Positions 45,601 through 57,600 of a stretch of 64,000 nucleotides of DNA are shown one piece after another. The number at the start of each line of letters is the position of its first letter. The first letter of the stretch is position 1. The notes below the pieces were generated by a model. It did not search any database, was not told the origin of the DNA, and saw only the letters and a program-made list of their open reading frames with translations. The stretch lies in NCBI GenBank assembly GCA_013265495.1, contig MU059418.1:4634773-4698772 (forward strand), given 5' to 3'. The position numbers and the translations under genes were made by a program. Origin of the DNA: Vicugna vicugna. Taxonomy: Eukaryota.

Positions 45601-48600
45601 CTTAGGTTCATCCTGTCTCTGTTGCTCACCAGCTGAGACCTTAGCTGGGTCACATAACCTCTCTGAGTGTCTCTTTCATCTATAAAATGGGGCTGATTAT
45701 GGCAATTTTTGAGGCAAAAGTGAGATATGTACAGACCACGGACCTGGGGCCTGGCATATTGTAAATAATATTAGCAGATGTTGTGGCTGTTATTATTACT
45801 ATTGTTATTGGTGTCCGTGTCCAGCCATGCTTTAGGGTATCTGTGTCCTCTGTGCCCATGGAGAAAGCAAGGCCTAGACTTAAGTGCATTTTCATGATAA
45901 TAAACAAGAGCAAAGTTCCCATGATTAGGGGAGCTCTTGTGTGTTCTTTCATTTCATTTCATTCACTCATTCATTCATTCATTCAGGAACAGTTGAAGCT
46001 GTCTGGAGGAGCTCACAGGCCAGTAGGGGAGACCAACATGAGAACATGTGACTTTGGTAAAATAAAAGTGGCATCATAAGGTTCCTGGGTACCTGGGGCG
46101 TAGGGGTGGGAGGAGGGCATGCACCCTACCGGAGGTAGAGGGGCAGAGGAGGAAGGCTAGACAGTGAGTAGCAGTGTGTTCTTGGGCTGGGCCAAACCAT
46201 GGGAGGGCTTTGCTGGGTGGCCAAGGAGAGAAGGATGCTCCTCTTGTTTAGGGGTAAGCAGAGAAAGCCCTGGGGCCTGACCCAGTGTGGGGCCTGGAGG
46301 AGAGACTAGGGGAGGCTGGAGAAGTGGCCTCCTTAGGTGCCGTCCCAGGTGTGGGACACGAGACTGTGGGTGATGGAAACCACTGGAAGGTTGAAGGCGG
46401 GGGATCTGCATTTGAGAAAAATTCTTTTGGCAGGTGCATGAGGAATGGCTTGGAGAGGACAGGGAGGCCAGTTGGCAGTGGGGGAACTGCAGTGGGGACT
46501 TGGATGCTAGAGAGAGTGGCCACGTCAAGAGGTGGAGGAGGTCGAATCAGCAGGACTTGATGTCTGACTGAACAGAGGGGAGGAGGGAGAAGGTAGGGTC
46601 ATTGGGACTCTGGTTGCTCTGCCCACCAGCAGGGAGGATGCCAGGCCAGCTGGAGAAGGGGTCACGCTCTGAATGGGACACTTGAATTGGAGGTGCCGGG
46701 GAGGTGCCAGTTCCTGTCATCTGACAGACAGCTGGGTCAGGAGAGAGGTCTGGGAGGTGACAGAAAGGATGAAGTGCCCGAGAGAAGGTCTGTGGAGTAA
46801 GGAATGTCCTGGGGACAACTGGGTGTCCTTATCTCTGGATTCTGATCCAGGCCCCACTGAAACCAGAGGAGGCACTCAGCTTTGGGCTCCATCCCTGGAG
46901 ATCCTGGCAGACCTCGGCAAGTTCCCTGTGCATAAACCATGCATCTCATAAGGCCCAAACAGGGCACGCAGGCAGGGACTGACCACTTTCCACTGGCCTC
47001 ATAGGTGCTGGGCTGGGGACGGTTTCCAGCCCTGAAAGTCTCCAGAGTTATTGTGTCGTGTGAAGTTTGCCTTAAACAGTAGCCCTTCCTGCCGGGCTCT
47101 GCGGCCATCAGTCAGCCTGTGCACTTGACACACTGGCTCCTCTGAGGTTTGGTTTTGTTTGTTTTTCTAACGGGCTAGCTTTTTTCTTTTCTTACAAGCA
47201 GAGACCTGGCTGGGGAGGGGCCAGCCCCCTCGTTATCTTGGGAGGATCCCCCAGGGGTGCCTGGGACAGGGTTGGCAGGCTCGCAGGGTGGAGAGCAGAC
47301 AATGATGGCCAGTAAGAGAGAGCCAACAGACCTTTGGACTGGGCCTTAGGTGGGGACTGCCCTCCACAGCCGTAGTCCTGCCTCTTCTGTCTGATGGTGG
47401 CCTAGGCCAGGGGCCGACAGTGAGGAGGGAAGGACAGAGAGTAAAGCAAGCTGGGAGCTGGCCAACTAAACACGAAGAAATACTGTTCTCTTCTAGAAAC
47501 AGTGTGATCCCTCCTAGTATTCTTAGTTTTTTTGTTTTCCCATTTTTAATAAAAGAGCACAGGTACTGAGAAATATTTCCTTCCTATAGTACTGGGGGCA
47601 GTGGGGCCATGGAGGGGTGGGCACCTGAAGAAAGGTGCAGCCACCACTCAGTCATTTCTTCCATGAAGGGACTCAGGGCCAGTGTCACAGGATGTTTTAA
47701 GGTCTTCAAGAAAAGCAAGGAATCCAGATTGAATAGGAAATCTCCCATTTGGCTCAAATTCTTAAAAATAAATGCTGCAGGCCAAGTGAAGTCTGCCTGT
47801 GGGCCGGACAAGGCCTGTGGACTATAGTTCATGTTCTCTGGGCTGGATGGGCCTCGCTCACATCCTGCCTGACTGTGGCTCAGTGTGACTTATCACCCAG
47901 GGAGGAGGGGACACTCAACAGGACTGAGGCCACTCTGGTTTCTTCTCTGATGTGAGCCTGTGGGGCTGGGACAGGCCAAGTCCCTTCCCTAGAGTCTACT
48001 TTGTTTATCAGCACAGCAAAGGCTGAGCTAGATCTGTGGTTTTGAATCTTTTTTCAGCAGTAAAACCTTTGTTTAAACCAAATCTTACAGGGAACAAATC
48101 ACAGTGTACATGACAGATAAAAACCAGAGCTGCCGCAGATGTAGGGAGAGTCTGCAGTTCTGCCCCGAGGCTGCCCTCTGCCCTTTCCCGCGGGGCACCT
48201 CTGCCAGGCGCCACAGAACACAGTGTCAGGGCTGCCCGTCTGCCGGCTGGCGCTCTCCACCCTCCCCGGCCCTGGCAGTCTGTGGCTTGAAAGGGAGGAG
48301 GAGAGGAGCAGGGCCAGAAGAGCAAGCCACAGTAGGTCTGCCCGCAGCCGGCTCCTTGCTCACATTCTGCCCAGTCCCTGCATAGGGTGACCAGCCAGCC
48401 ACCGGCTGCATTTGCATTTCACTGAGCTCTTTCCATGCACTTTTGCCTCCTCACATCAGTGCTCCGAGGTATGCATCACTATTTCCATTTCACAGGTGAG
48501 TAAGCCAAGACACAGAAAGGGGAAGCGAGTTGCCTACAAGGTCTCTTAGCTGGAACATGGAGGAGCCTGGATTCCACACAGGCCTGTGAGACTCCAGAGG

Positions 48601-48826
48601 CGGCCCCCTCCCTTTGGGCCTCCTCTCTTATCCTACACGGAGAATCACCCTGTTCCCCAGGGGCAATCCCGCATGCTGTGGACCCTGGGTCCCGGCAGTG
48701 ACAGTTTCCACCCCTTGTATTTCTGTGGGACGTTTCCGTTTGCAAAGCCCCTCCCATCGTGATCTCATTTTGCTGGTGTCAGGCTTGGTTTGTCTCAGGA
48801 GGACTCTCCTTTCTCTCGCCACGTAG

Positions 48827-48934
48827 GAGGCAGAACCATCTGAGCCCCGAAGCGCAGAGGTGACGAGGAAGCCCAAGACTGCTGCTCCTTCTGCGAACAA
48901 GAGGCCCAAGAAGGAGGCCAAGAAGAAGCGGTAG
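48827..48934 (+). CDS. MANBAL: MANBAL coding exon 3 (codons 51-85 and stop)
   Basis: ctttctctcgccacgtag|GAG GCA GAA CCA...AAG AAG AAG CGG TAG = [35 protein letters not shown]. Phase-0 join with exon 2 gives the 85-aa MANBAL. Confidence 0.97.
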   Translation, partial: EAEPSEPRSAEVTRKPKTAAPSANKRPKKEAKKKR

Positions 48935-49758
48935 AAGAGGCGGCCTGCGGATTCTAGCGGGCGGGGTGAGGGCCTTGGGGGCAGCCCTGCCAGGCTCCAC
49001 ACCCTCGCTTCGCTCCGGGCTCAGGGTCTGAGGTGGGCCCTCTGACCGCAGAGACCTGGACAGTCATGAGAGCCTCCAGGCCCCAGCTAGGCAGACCACC
49101 ACTTCCCTTCCCTTCTGCTTCTGTGATGGTTTAGAGCGAAGGGGACTGGAACCCCTGTGTGCACAGACTGTCTTGGAAGTCTGTTCGGACGTTAGGTCAG
49201 CTCAGCAAGTTACATTTTCTTACTTAATCCTTGTGTCCTGCCTTTAGTCAACACCTTGTAGATGTACACTACATTTTAGAGTCATTATCTAATGCTGACA
49301 GGCACTGCCCTCTCCCATACCTGTGCCACGCAGATCAGATCTCCTGCTAATCAGGCACCCTTGTCTCTGCTTGTGTAGATGGAGCCAGGCCAGGCTTCCC
49401 CTATTTGTTTAGGTCAAGACCCCAAGGTCACTGCGATGTTCGCGGTCCCTGGTCCCACTAGTGCAACAGGCAGGCCTGAAAGATGCCTGGCATGAGAGCG
49501 AGCGGAAGACGCGGCCAGGGTGATGCCTGGTTCTACCGGGTCACATGGAAGGGATTTGGCTGAATGAAGGTGTATTCATGGGCCCAAACTTCCTCAGCCT
49601 CTGAAAGGGGAGGCTTGTCAATCTCAGACCAACCTCTTTTCAACTCATCACAGCGCATTCAAGGTATACCATTTGGCTTCCATCTGTATCCCCTCCAAAC
49701 CCCCCAGTTCTTTTCAACCTCCACCAGTGAGGAAAAGTCATTTGGGGAAGTAAACGTC

Positions 49759-49764
49759 AATAAA
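49759..49764 (+). terminator. MANBAL: Probable MANBAL polyadenylation signal AATAAA
   Basis: First canonical hexamer I noticed after the stop (~825 nt downstream), followed by TG-rich sequence (ctcttgtgtgttg). Confidence 0.7.
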
Positions 49765-51049
49765 CTGCCCCACACGGTGAACCTCTTGTGTGTTGCCTGC
49801 TGCCGAGGGAGAGGGGGAGCCTGGTCCCTGCCCTGGGGGGTGAGGGAAGGTGCCCCCCATAGAAGTGGGACAGGATGGCCGGAGTGGGGGCAGCTCTGGG
49901 ACTAGTTTCAGGAAGGGCCCAGCCAACTGCTTTGTGTGGCCTTAGTCACTGGAAACATTGTGAACAAATGTCCATGCGTGTGTTAGAGTTTCCACTGGGG
50001 CCAGGCCCCACTGGTTCCCTGGCTCCTGCCGCCTGGGGAAGATGCTGCTTGTCCTTAAAGGGGGTTGAGGAAAACCAGGTCGAAGGCCTCACGTGGCATG
50101 GGGCGGGTCACACAGGTCCAGTCACCTGCCCTGAATCAGCCTCCAAGGAAGCACCTCAACCTACACTACCTCCAGACACCCGGCTGGTGTGCAGTTTGCC
50201 GAACACTTTCCCAAATGTCACACCGATGAGGAACTTAAGGGATGAGCGTGTGTCTCCTCCCTTTTAGAGACGGGAGACTGAAGGCCTGATGACTTGGGAG
50301 TGCAGAACTCAGATTGGAACCCAGTCCTGGGCCCCTTTCTCAGAGTTAACAAGTATTTAGTCAGTGCCAGCAGATGGGTGGTGCGAGGGCCCTGCCCTGC
50401 TGCTTAGGGCCGGCGCGATTCCAGCACCTTAGGCTTCTGGAGGAGTCTGGGGACTGGAGCGACTGCATAACAAAGGGCTGGGCACCGGATCCTAGCAGGA
50501 GGGCCTTCTGTGGAGTATTTCTGTTCACAGACATTTACTGAGAGTCTCTGAGATGCCTCATGCCACACTAGGATAGGGGATGCAGAAATAAGGAGGCTTC
50601 CAGAAGCCCAAAGTATGCCTGGCCCGCGGGAGAATGAGATGTGTAAGCAGGCCTGATGTGGAGACCTGTCCAGCGGGGGAGCACTGGGGCTCCCAGCTCA
50701 GTCTTGCACAGCCACCCACCAGAGGGGAGGGAACTTAGCTGAGTTTTAGAGGCCCAGCTGGAGGTGAGACCAGAGGGAAATTGTGCTGGGAGAGTAGGAG
50801 CCAGACCTGTACAGCAGACCCGTCCAGCTTCTTGGAGGGGCGGTGACTCTGGCTCACAGGAGCAGGGCCACCTCGGTGCGTCCAACTCCCTTAAATTCTC
50901 TCCCGTTAAGGCTGTTTGCCAGAGAACAGCCCCAGGAAAGCAAGCGTGGGCATCCTCTGCTCCACCAGCCCCTGACTCCACATGGATAGAGTTTGTAGCA
51001 CTTGGTGCTCTTGGCTTCCAGGACCCCTCTTGGAAGATTTTCCTCTTAC

Positions 51050-51833
51050 GTCACTAGCTCCTCCTCATCAAAGGGGCCCAAGTCTCAGTCCTTGATCCTC
51101 TGCTCTCTGCCCACACTCCCTCAGAGATCTCCAGGCTCATGACTTTAAATACCACCATTGTGCTGATGTCTCCAAACAAATCCCTCCAGACCCCTTTCCT
51201 AAGCTGCTCCAGACTCATATCTGACTTCCTTCTCGGTATCTCCACTTGGATCCCCAACAAGCATCTCAAAGCCCTGACCTCACCAGCAGCCTCAAGTCTG
51301 ATCTTTTTGTGATCTCTATCTTAAACAGCATCTTCATTCTTTCAATTGTTCAGGCCAAAAACCTTGGCGTCATCCTTGACTCCCTTCTTTCTGTGATGCT
51401 CCATTTTTGATCCTTAAGTGCTTCCTTGTGACTTGACCTTCAAAATCCAGAATGAGACCCATCTCACCACTTCCCTCTGCTCCCATGGTCCAGCCACCGT
51501 CATCACACTGGTGATGTCTCACGGATATTGCGGCAGCCTACTACTTGTGGAGAAGCTGTTCTAGACACAGCGGCCAGAGGCATCCTATTAAAACCCGTAA
51601 GATCACGTCCCTCACCTGCTCCCACCTCACTCAGATAAAGGTCAGAGTCCTCACTGGGACCCACAAGGGCCTGCAAGAGCCACTCCACCTTATTCACCTC
51701 TCTGACCTCATGAGGGACCACTCCCCTTCGCTCACTGTACTGCATCCTCATTGGCCTCCATCTGCCTCAAACGTGCCTGGCAAGCCCTATGTCAGGGCCT
51801 TTGAACTTGCTGTCCTTTAGTCACTGTGCCTCA
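51050..51833 (-). mobile_element. L2 LINE, continuing after the LTR to ~52570
   Basis: ggtatctccacttggatccccaacaagcatctcaaa, ggccaaaaaccttggcgtcatccttgactcc, cagggcctttgaacttgctgtcc. Confidence 0.7.
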
Positions 51834-52302
51834 TGTAGTGGACAGAATAATGGGTCCCTCAAATATGTCCACATCCTAATCCCCAGGACCTGTGATTAGG
51901 TCATCTTACATGACAAAATACTTTGCAGGTCTAATTAAGGATTTTTGAGATGGGGAGATTACTTAGCATTATCCAGGTGGGCCCAAGATAACCACAAGGG
52001 TCTTTATAAGGAAAAGAGGGAGGGTGGAAAGTCAAAGAGAAGGAGATGTGATGACAGAAGCAGAAATTGGAATGATGAAGGGCCATGAGCCAAGGAATGT
52101 GGGCGGCTTCTGGAAGCTGGCAACGGCAAGGTACGAATTTCCCCCGGAGGCTGCAGGAAGATGCAGCTCTGCCAAATCCTTGATTCCAGCCCAGAGACCC
52201 TTTCTGGACTCCTGACCTCAAGAACTGTAAAATATGACATATGTGTTGTTTTAAGCCACTAAGTTTGTGGTAACGCTATAGCAGCGGTAGAAAATGAATA
52301 CA
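51834..52302 (+). mobile_element. Full-length MaLR solo LTR (MLT1C/D-like) with 5-bp TSD CCTCA
   Basis: TG...CA termini (tgtagtggacagaataatg...gaaaatgaataca); CCTCA at 51829-51833 and 52303-52307. Confidence 0.88.
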
Positions 52303-52974
52303 CCTCAGTTCCTCAGTGCATTCCTCAGGGAGGCCTTCTCTGGCCACCCAATTTAAAATTTTAACCTTTCCCTGAAACTTCCTATCTCTCACCCCTTATT
52401 TATTTTTCTCCTTAGCAGATACCACCATTTAACATATTAGACATTTTACTTAGTTGATTCATTGTCTTACAGCCCATTTGGAATGTGAGCTCCAAGGAGA
52501 AAGGAATTTTATTGTCAATCTTGCTTATAGATGAATCCCAAGGTACATAGTAGGTGCTCAGTGGATATTGGTAGCCTGGGTGATCGGAGGAGCTGGCCTG
52601 CCCTAACCATGCAGCTTAGTGACTAAACCTACATGTGCCCAGACACTTCACGTGCCTGATACTGGTCCATCCTCACAGCAGCCCCATCAGGTCGGTGGCG
52701 TTAGCATCCCCATTTTACAGATGAGGGCATGGAGGTGCCTGGTGTTGCACTCGTGCGGGCTGACTCCGGTGCCCCCTCTCTGAGCCATGCTGCTGTTTCC
52801 TCCCTTTCTGCCCTGGAGTCCTCAAGGGCAGGGGGTGGGGGTAGGGCTCCTGTGGGAGGAAAAGTTTGGGCCCAGGTGCTGGAGGCTTTAGTGCCCAAAG
52901 GCCTAAATCACTGATGGTAAAATCATGCTCGTTAATGAGGAAGAGACTTCAGGGTGGAGTGCTGTTTGTTTTTT

Positions 52975-53196
52975 GTTTTTCTAATCTTATTGAGGTGAGC
53001 TGCACAGAACATAAAATGAACCACTGTGAAGTGTGCGGTTCGGTAGCATTTATTACATTTACAATGTTGTGCAAACCTCCATCTCCATCGAGTTCCCACC
53101 CAAGAGAAAACCACATACCGAGTAAGCAGTTTCTCCCCATTCCCCATTTCCCCCCGCCCCAGGCAACCACCAGTTCGCTCTCTTTCTATAGGTGGA
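52975..53196 (-). mobile_element. L1MB-like 3' fragment running into N-gap 53197-53381
   Basis: ttattgaggtgagctgcacagaacataaaatgaacc...gcatttattacatttacaatgttgtgcaaacc. Confidence 0.7.
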
Positions 53197-53939
53197 NNNN
53201 NNNNNNNNNNNNNNNNNNNNNNNNNNNNNNNNNNNNNNNNNNNNNNNNNNNNNNNNNNNNNNNNNNNNNNNNNNNNNNNNNNNNNNNNNNNNNNNNNNNN
53301 NNNNNNNNNNNNNNNNNNNNNNNNNNNNNNNNNNNNNNNNNNNNNNNNNNNNNNNNNNNNNNNNNNNNNNNNNNNNNNNNNGCACACGCACACACATGTA
53401 TGTATTTTTTAGGGGGGAAGGCAGCTTGAATGAGTTTTTAGAGCCAGACAGTCACATTTTGAATCTGGATCCCATGGAGATCTAACTATGTGGTATTAGG
53501 CAAAGGAATTCATGTCTATGATGTTCAGAGTCCACCAAATAGAGATTGTGGGGCTATTGTAAGAAGCAGACATACTGTGTATATCTAAGGTGCCTAGAGC
53601 ATAGTAGGCAGTGTATTAATGGCAGCAGTGAACATGATTATTCAATCAGGGGCAAGTTTATCATGTAAACATTCTGATCTCAAGTCAGCCAGGGTCTTGG
53701 CTTCCTTGGAAAATAAGCACGTCCTTAGTCCCCCAGTCCTGGGAAACCAAAGTCGGCAGAGGGGTTCCAGGGCTGAGCTCATGCTTGCTTTTGTATTTGT
53801 AGAGCTCTTTACATTTCCAGTAGATTTTGTCATCAGTTTTTCCCTTCCTTATTTGTTCAACGGTCTTTCAAATCATGGAGGTTGAAAGCTACATGGCAGC
53901 GAAGGGGAGAGGAATTACCTTTAAAACATTCCAAGTAAG

Positions 53940-54665
53940 CACATGAAAGGAGTTCTTTAGACACGGGGGAAATGCAAATTAAAACCACAGTATGATACCA
54001 GAATGACTCAGATTGAAAAGACTGACCACACCAAACATTGGGGAGTGACTGGAACTCTCATACATCACTGGTAGAGGTGTAAAAGGGTACAACCACTTTA
54101 AAGGCCATTTGTGAGTTTCTTTTAAAAATTCAACATACATCTACCCTCTGAGCCAGCATTCCACTCCTAGGTATTTACCCAAGAGAAATGAAAATATTTG
54201 TCCATGGAAGTCTTGTACTAAATTCTAGCTAGAATGTTCCTAGCAGCTTTCATCATAATAGGCAAAAACTGGAAATAGCCCAGATGCACATCAACAGTAG
54301 AATGGATAAGATTTATATGATGAAATACACACACATCATAAAGGAGTCATCCTACACATACACACAATAATATGAATGAATCTCAAAACTGTTATTTTGA
54401 GGGAAAGAAGCCAAATGTACCCACAGACACACAAATACAATATACATGGTCTGGTTCTATTCATATGGAATTCTAAGAGACAAAACTAATGTGTGGTGAT
54501 AGAAATCAGATCAGTGGTTGTTCCTGGGAGAAGTATTGATTAGGAAGGGACATGAGAAAACTTTCTGGGTGATTAAAATGTTCTGTATCTTGATACACAG
54601 TCATCAAAATTGAACACATAAGGTCTGAGCGGTTTCACTACATGTAAATTACACCTGAATAAAAA
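53940..54665 (+). mobile_element. Old L1 3' end (L1ME/L1MD-like)
   Basis: ggaaatgcaaattaaaaccacag...attccactcctaggtatttacccaagagaaatgaaaa...gatagaaatcagatcagtggttg...acacctgaataaaaaaa. Confidence 0.8.
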
Positions 54666-57600
54666 AATTTCGTGTGGACCAATCACTAGGCTATGTACTT
54701 TATACACATTATGTCAGTAAATCCTATAGGTAGATGTTATTGTCTCTGTTTTACAGATGAGAAAATTGAGGCTCAGAAAGGTTAAGTAACTTGCCTCAGG
54801 ACACACAGCTAGAGAAATGAGTTTAGAACCCTGGTAATATGACTCCAAAGCCCATGCCTCAAGGGTCTCCTCTTCTCCCTCTACACATTCTCTTTCCTAT
54901 CATTTTACAGATGGGGAATCTGAGTCCCAGAGAGGGCTGGAGACTTAGCTCTTTGGCATCAGAGTCAAACTACAATCAGGATCTCTGGAACTTTCTTACT
55001 ATATCACACATCCTCACTTGGGCAAAGAGGTCACGTTCACTCCCACTTTTGCCCAGTGGGGGCTTGAGAGCTAAAAGTACAATTTTTTAAAAGTTGAGTA
55101 TAACATTCATATTTTAAGAGACCCAAATTCAGGGCAGAGACATCCTGTGACTTCAAAATGAGAGATTAAAATTTCCATCTGTCTTTGCACTGCTAGAGTG
55201 TTTCCAGTGGTTTTCTGAGTGATGGAAGCTCACCATTCACTCTCCCTGCAGTTAAACCATGCTACCCACTTGTTCCCTTCAACAGACTCACCTGTTACCT
55301 CCCTCCATGTCTTCTTGGGTTGCAAGATGTCCAAACCCTCCAACACATTCAGCAAGCTTCCTTCTGCTTAATTTAAGAGGAGCAAACATGAGTTTCTCAT
55401 CTTCCCCTTGACAGTCAGAGTTCTGGGACAGATTAGCGCCAAAACAAAACAACAAGTCTAATTTGGTTTTTAACCCACACCCAATCAGTCAACCTTAAGA
55501 GTGGCTGTTGTCAGTTTCAGCCTATCACGTGGTTTAAAAAGCAATGTTGTCTTTAGTGTTCTTGGAGGATACCACCTTGAGTTTTGGGAGAATTTGTCTC
55601 AAACCATGAGAGTTTCCTCGCCCAAAACCTTGAATCTCTGGAAGGAAAAATATATATGTCCTACCTCCCTGGGCCTCTGTCCACTAAGGAGAAACTTCAT
55701 CTTAAAATTTCTTTGTCTCCGCTTTAAAAGTTGCAGAATGTATTTCGTGGTCTGCCTTTTCTCTGGAACTGGCAAATGGTGCTGTGAATGAATCACCCTG
55801 CTTCTTGGGAGTGTTTTGCTTCAAGAGCTCACGGGGGTACAGCCAGATGATAAATAGCCTCTTGAATGATCCCTCCTCCCCCTACTGCGGCGCCTGGGCC
55901 CTGTGAGTTCATAGAACGGTGGCTGGGCTTTTAGAGGCTGCTGCGTCCAGCCCGGTTTTGCAGATGAGGAAACCTAGGCTTTAGCACTTCCTGGAGGCGA
56001 GCTTTGGAACAGGGCCAAGGCCATCTGAGTGTGATTCATCCCCTCTGATCATCGGCCCGTGGATTGTGCCTTCATGGCTCTGAGCTTCAGCTTCCTCCTC
56101 TGGAAAACGAGGGTGGGATGCCTGATGCCTCTTTTGGTTTCCTATCATCCAGGGGCCTAGGCATCTGCATGGCCGCTTGGTAAAGATGCTGACCCTGAAA
56201 TGTGGTACTCTGCCCTGTGAGCCAGAGAAAGCTCAAGGCCTGTGGCCCTTCACAAGGTACCAATGGGTTCCAGTTCAGATGAGATCTGTTTTACAAACAT
56301 ACCTGTGCCCCGGCTCTGTCTAGACCCTGGAGGATCAGATGTGGCCTCTGCCTTCAATCTCTGGAGTCAGGTAGGCGCACAGAGAGTTACGATGGACTGT
56401 GGCAAGAATGGTGATGTTATGCCCGAGGGGCTTTGGGAATGCAGGGGAGGGCCCTAACTCAGACTGGAGGAGAGTCAGGGAGGGCTTCCAGGGGGAGGTG
56501 GCAGTCCCAGAGGATTAGCATCTGGTGGCACTGATGAAGGAGGGGTGACCAATGGAATGAGGTCTTAGGCAAGCCCCTTCCCCATTCTGGGCCTAAGTCT
56601 CCCCAAAGTGCCCTTGTGGGGATGGCTAACTCAGCTGAGGGCTGGGGTCTCCCTACTCTGGACTTCGGAGGTGGGGAAAGTGTTGATGTTAGTTTCTGAG
56701 CATGGAGAGCCTGGTCCAGCAGCCGGGAGAGACTCCTTGTTCTGGCCGTTGAGGACTTGGCCCTCCTGATCTCCTACCCACAGTCCCCAGAGAGTGTCAG
56801 GGCACCCTACAGATCTCTTGGCTCTGACCAAGTCCCAGTTAGTGTGGAAACACCCTGAGCTGAGAGAGGTGAGAGTGAGTCACCCTTGCCTCCCCTGACC
56901 CTGCACCCTGTCCTCGGTCGCTGGAGAATGGCTGCAGGCAGGAGAGAGCTCTGTGCTAACAAAGGACTTAGGTGCACTGCCAGCTGGACGATATCAAAAA
57001 GGAAGTTATTCGGAAGTGTCCATGTCTCTGGCAAACGGCTGAAGTCTCTGACCCCAGGTGGGCAGGGCAGTGTCCCAGGATCCTGAGTCCCTGTTAGCTG
57101 TCCCTGTCTCTCTCCTGTCCTTCACAGCCAGACGGAGCTGCTGGAAAGTGTGAGGCCACTTGTCCTGTCCACCTCCTCCCCTTCCATTCCTTCCGGACCT
57201 CTTGTTTTCCAGCTCCCCCTCCCCACTGCTGCAAATGCAGTGCCTGGGGACAGCTCCAGCTGCTCTGTAGCTCAATCCCTTGGTAACTTTGTCATCCCTG
57301 CCTGCTTTCATGTGACCCCTGGCAACATTAGGCTGACCCAGGAGAACCCCCTTCCGGGAAGCCCTCCTGTGGCCTTTTAGATGTGAGGGCTCCTTGGAGC
57401 TCTGCCTGGCTTTCTTATCCTATACACAATATCCTACCCTGTGCCTCAGTTCCCTCATCAGTGAAATGGGCATAATAATGGCACCTATTCCAAGGGGCTG
57501 ATGAAGGGATTAAATGAGTTAACATGTATAAGGCACTGAGTGCCCGATGCAGCGTGTGTTCAGTAAGTGTCGGCTGAAGTATTAATTTTTTCAACATCGC

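Noticed and set aside
48794-48826. Alternative acceptor 28 nt upstream of MANBAL exon 3 (tgtctcag|GAG)
   Set aside because: Weaker pyrimidine tract than the canonical site. It would frameshift to an early stop ([14 protein letters not shown]), and nothing supports its use.
24318-53485. ORFs containing X runs
   Set aside because: Artefacts of N-gaps (24500-24678, 27832-28029, 37136-37272, 37416-37703, 38560-38753, 39205-39332, 39350-39581, 53197-53381), all in or beside L1 elements.
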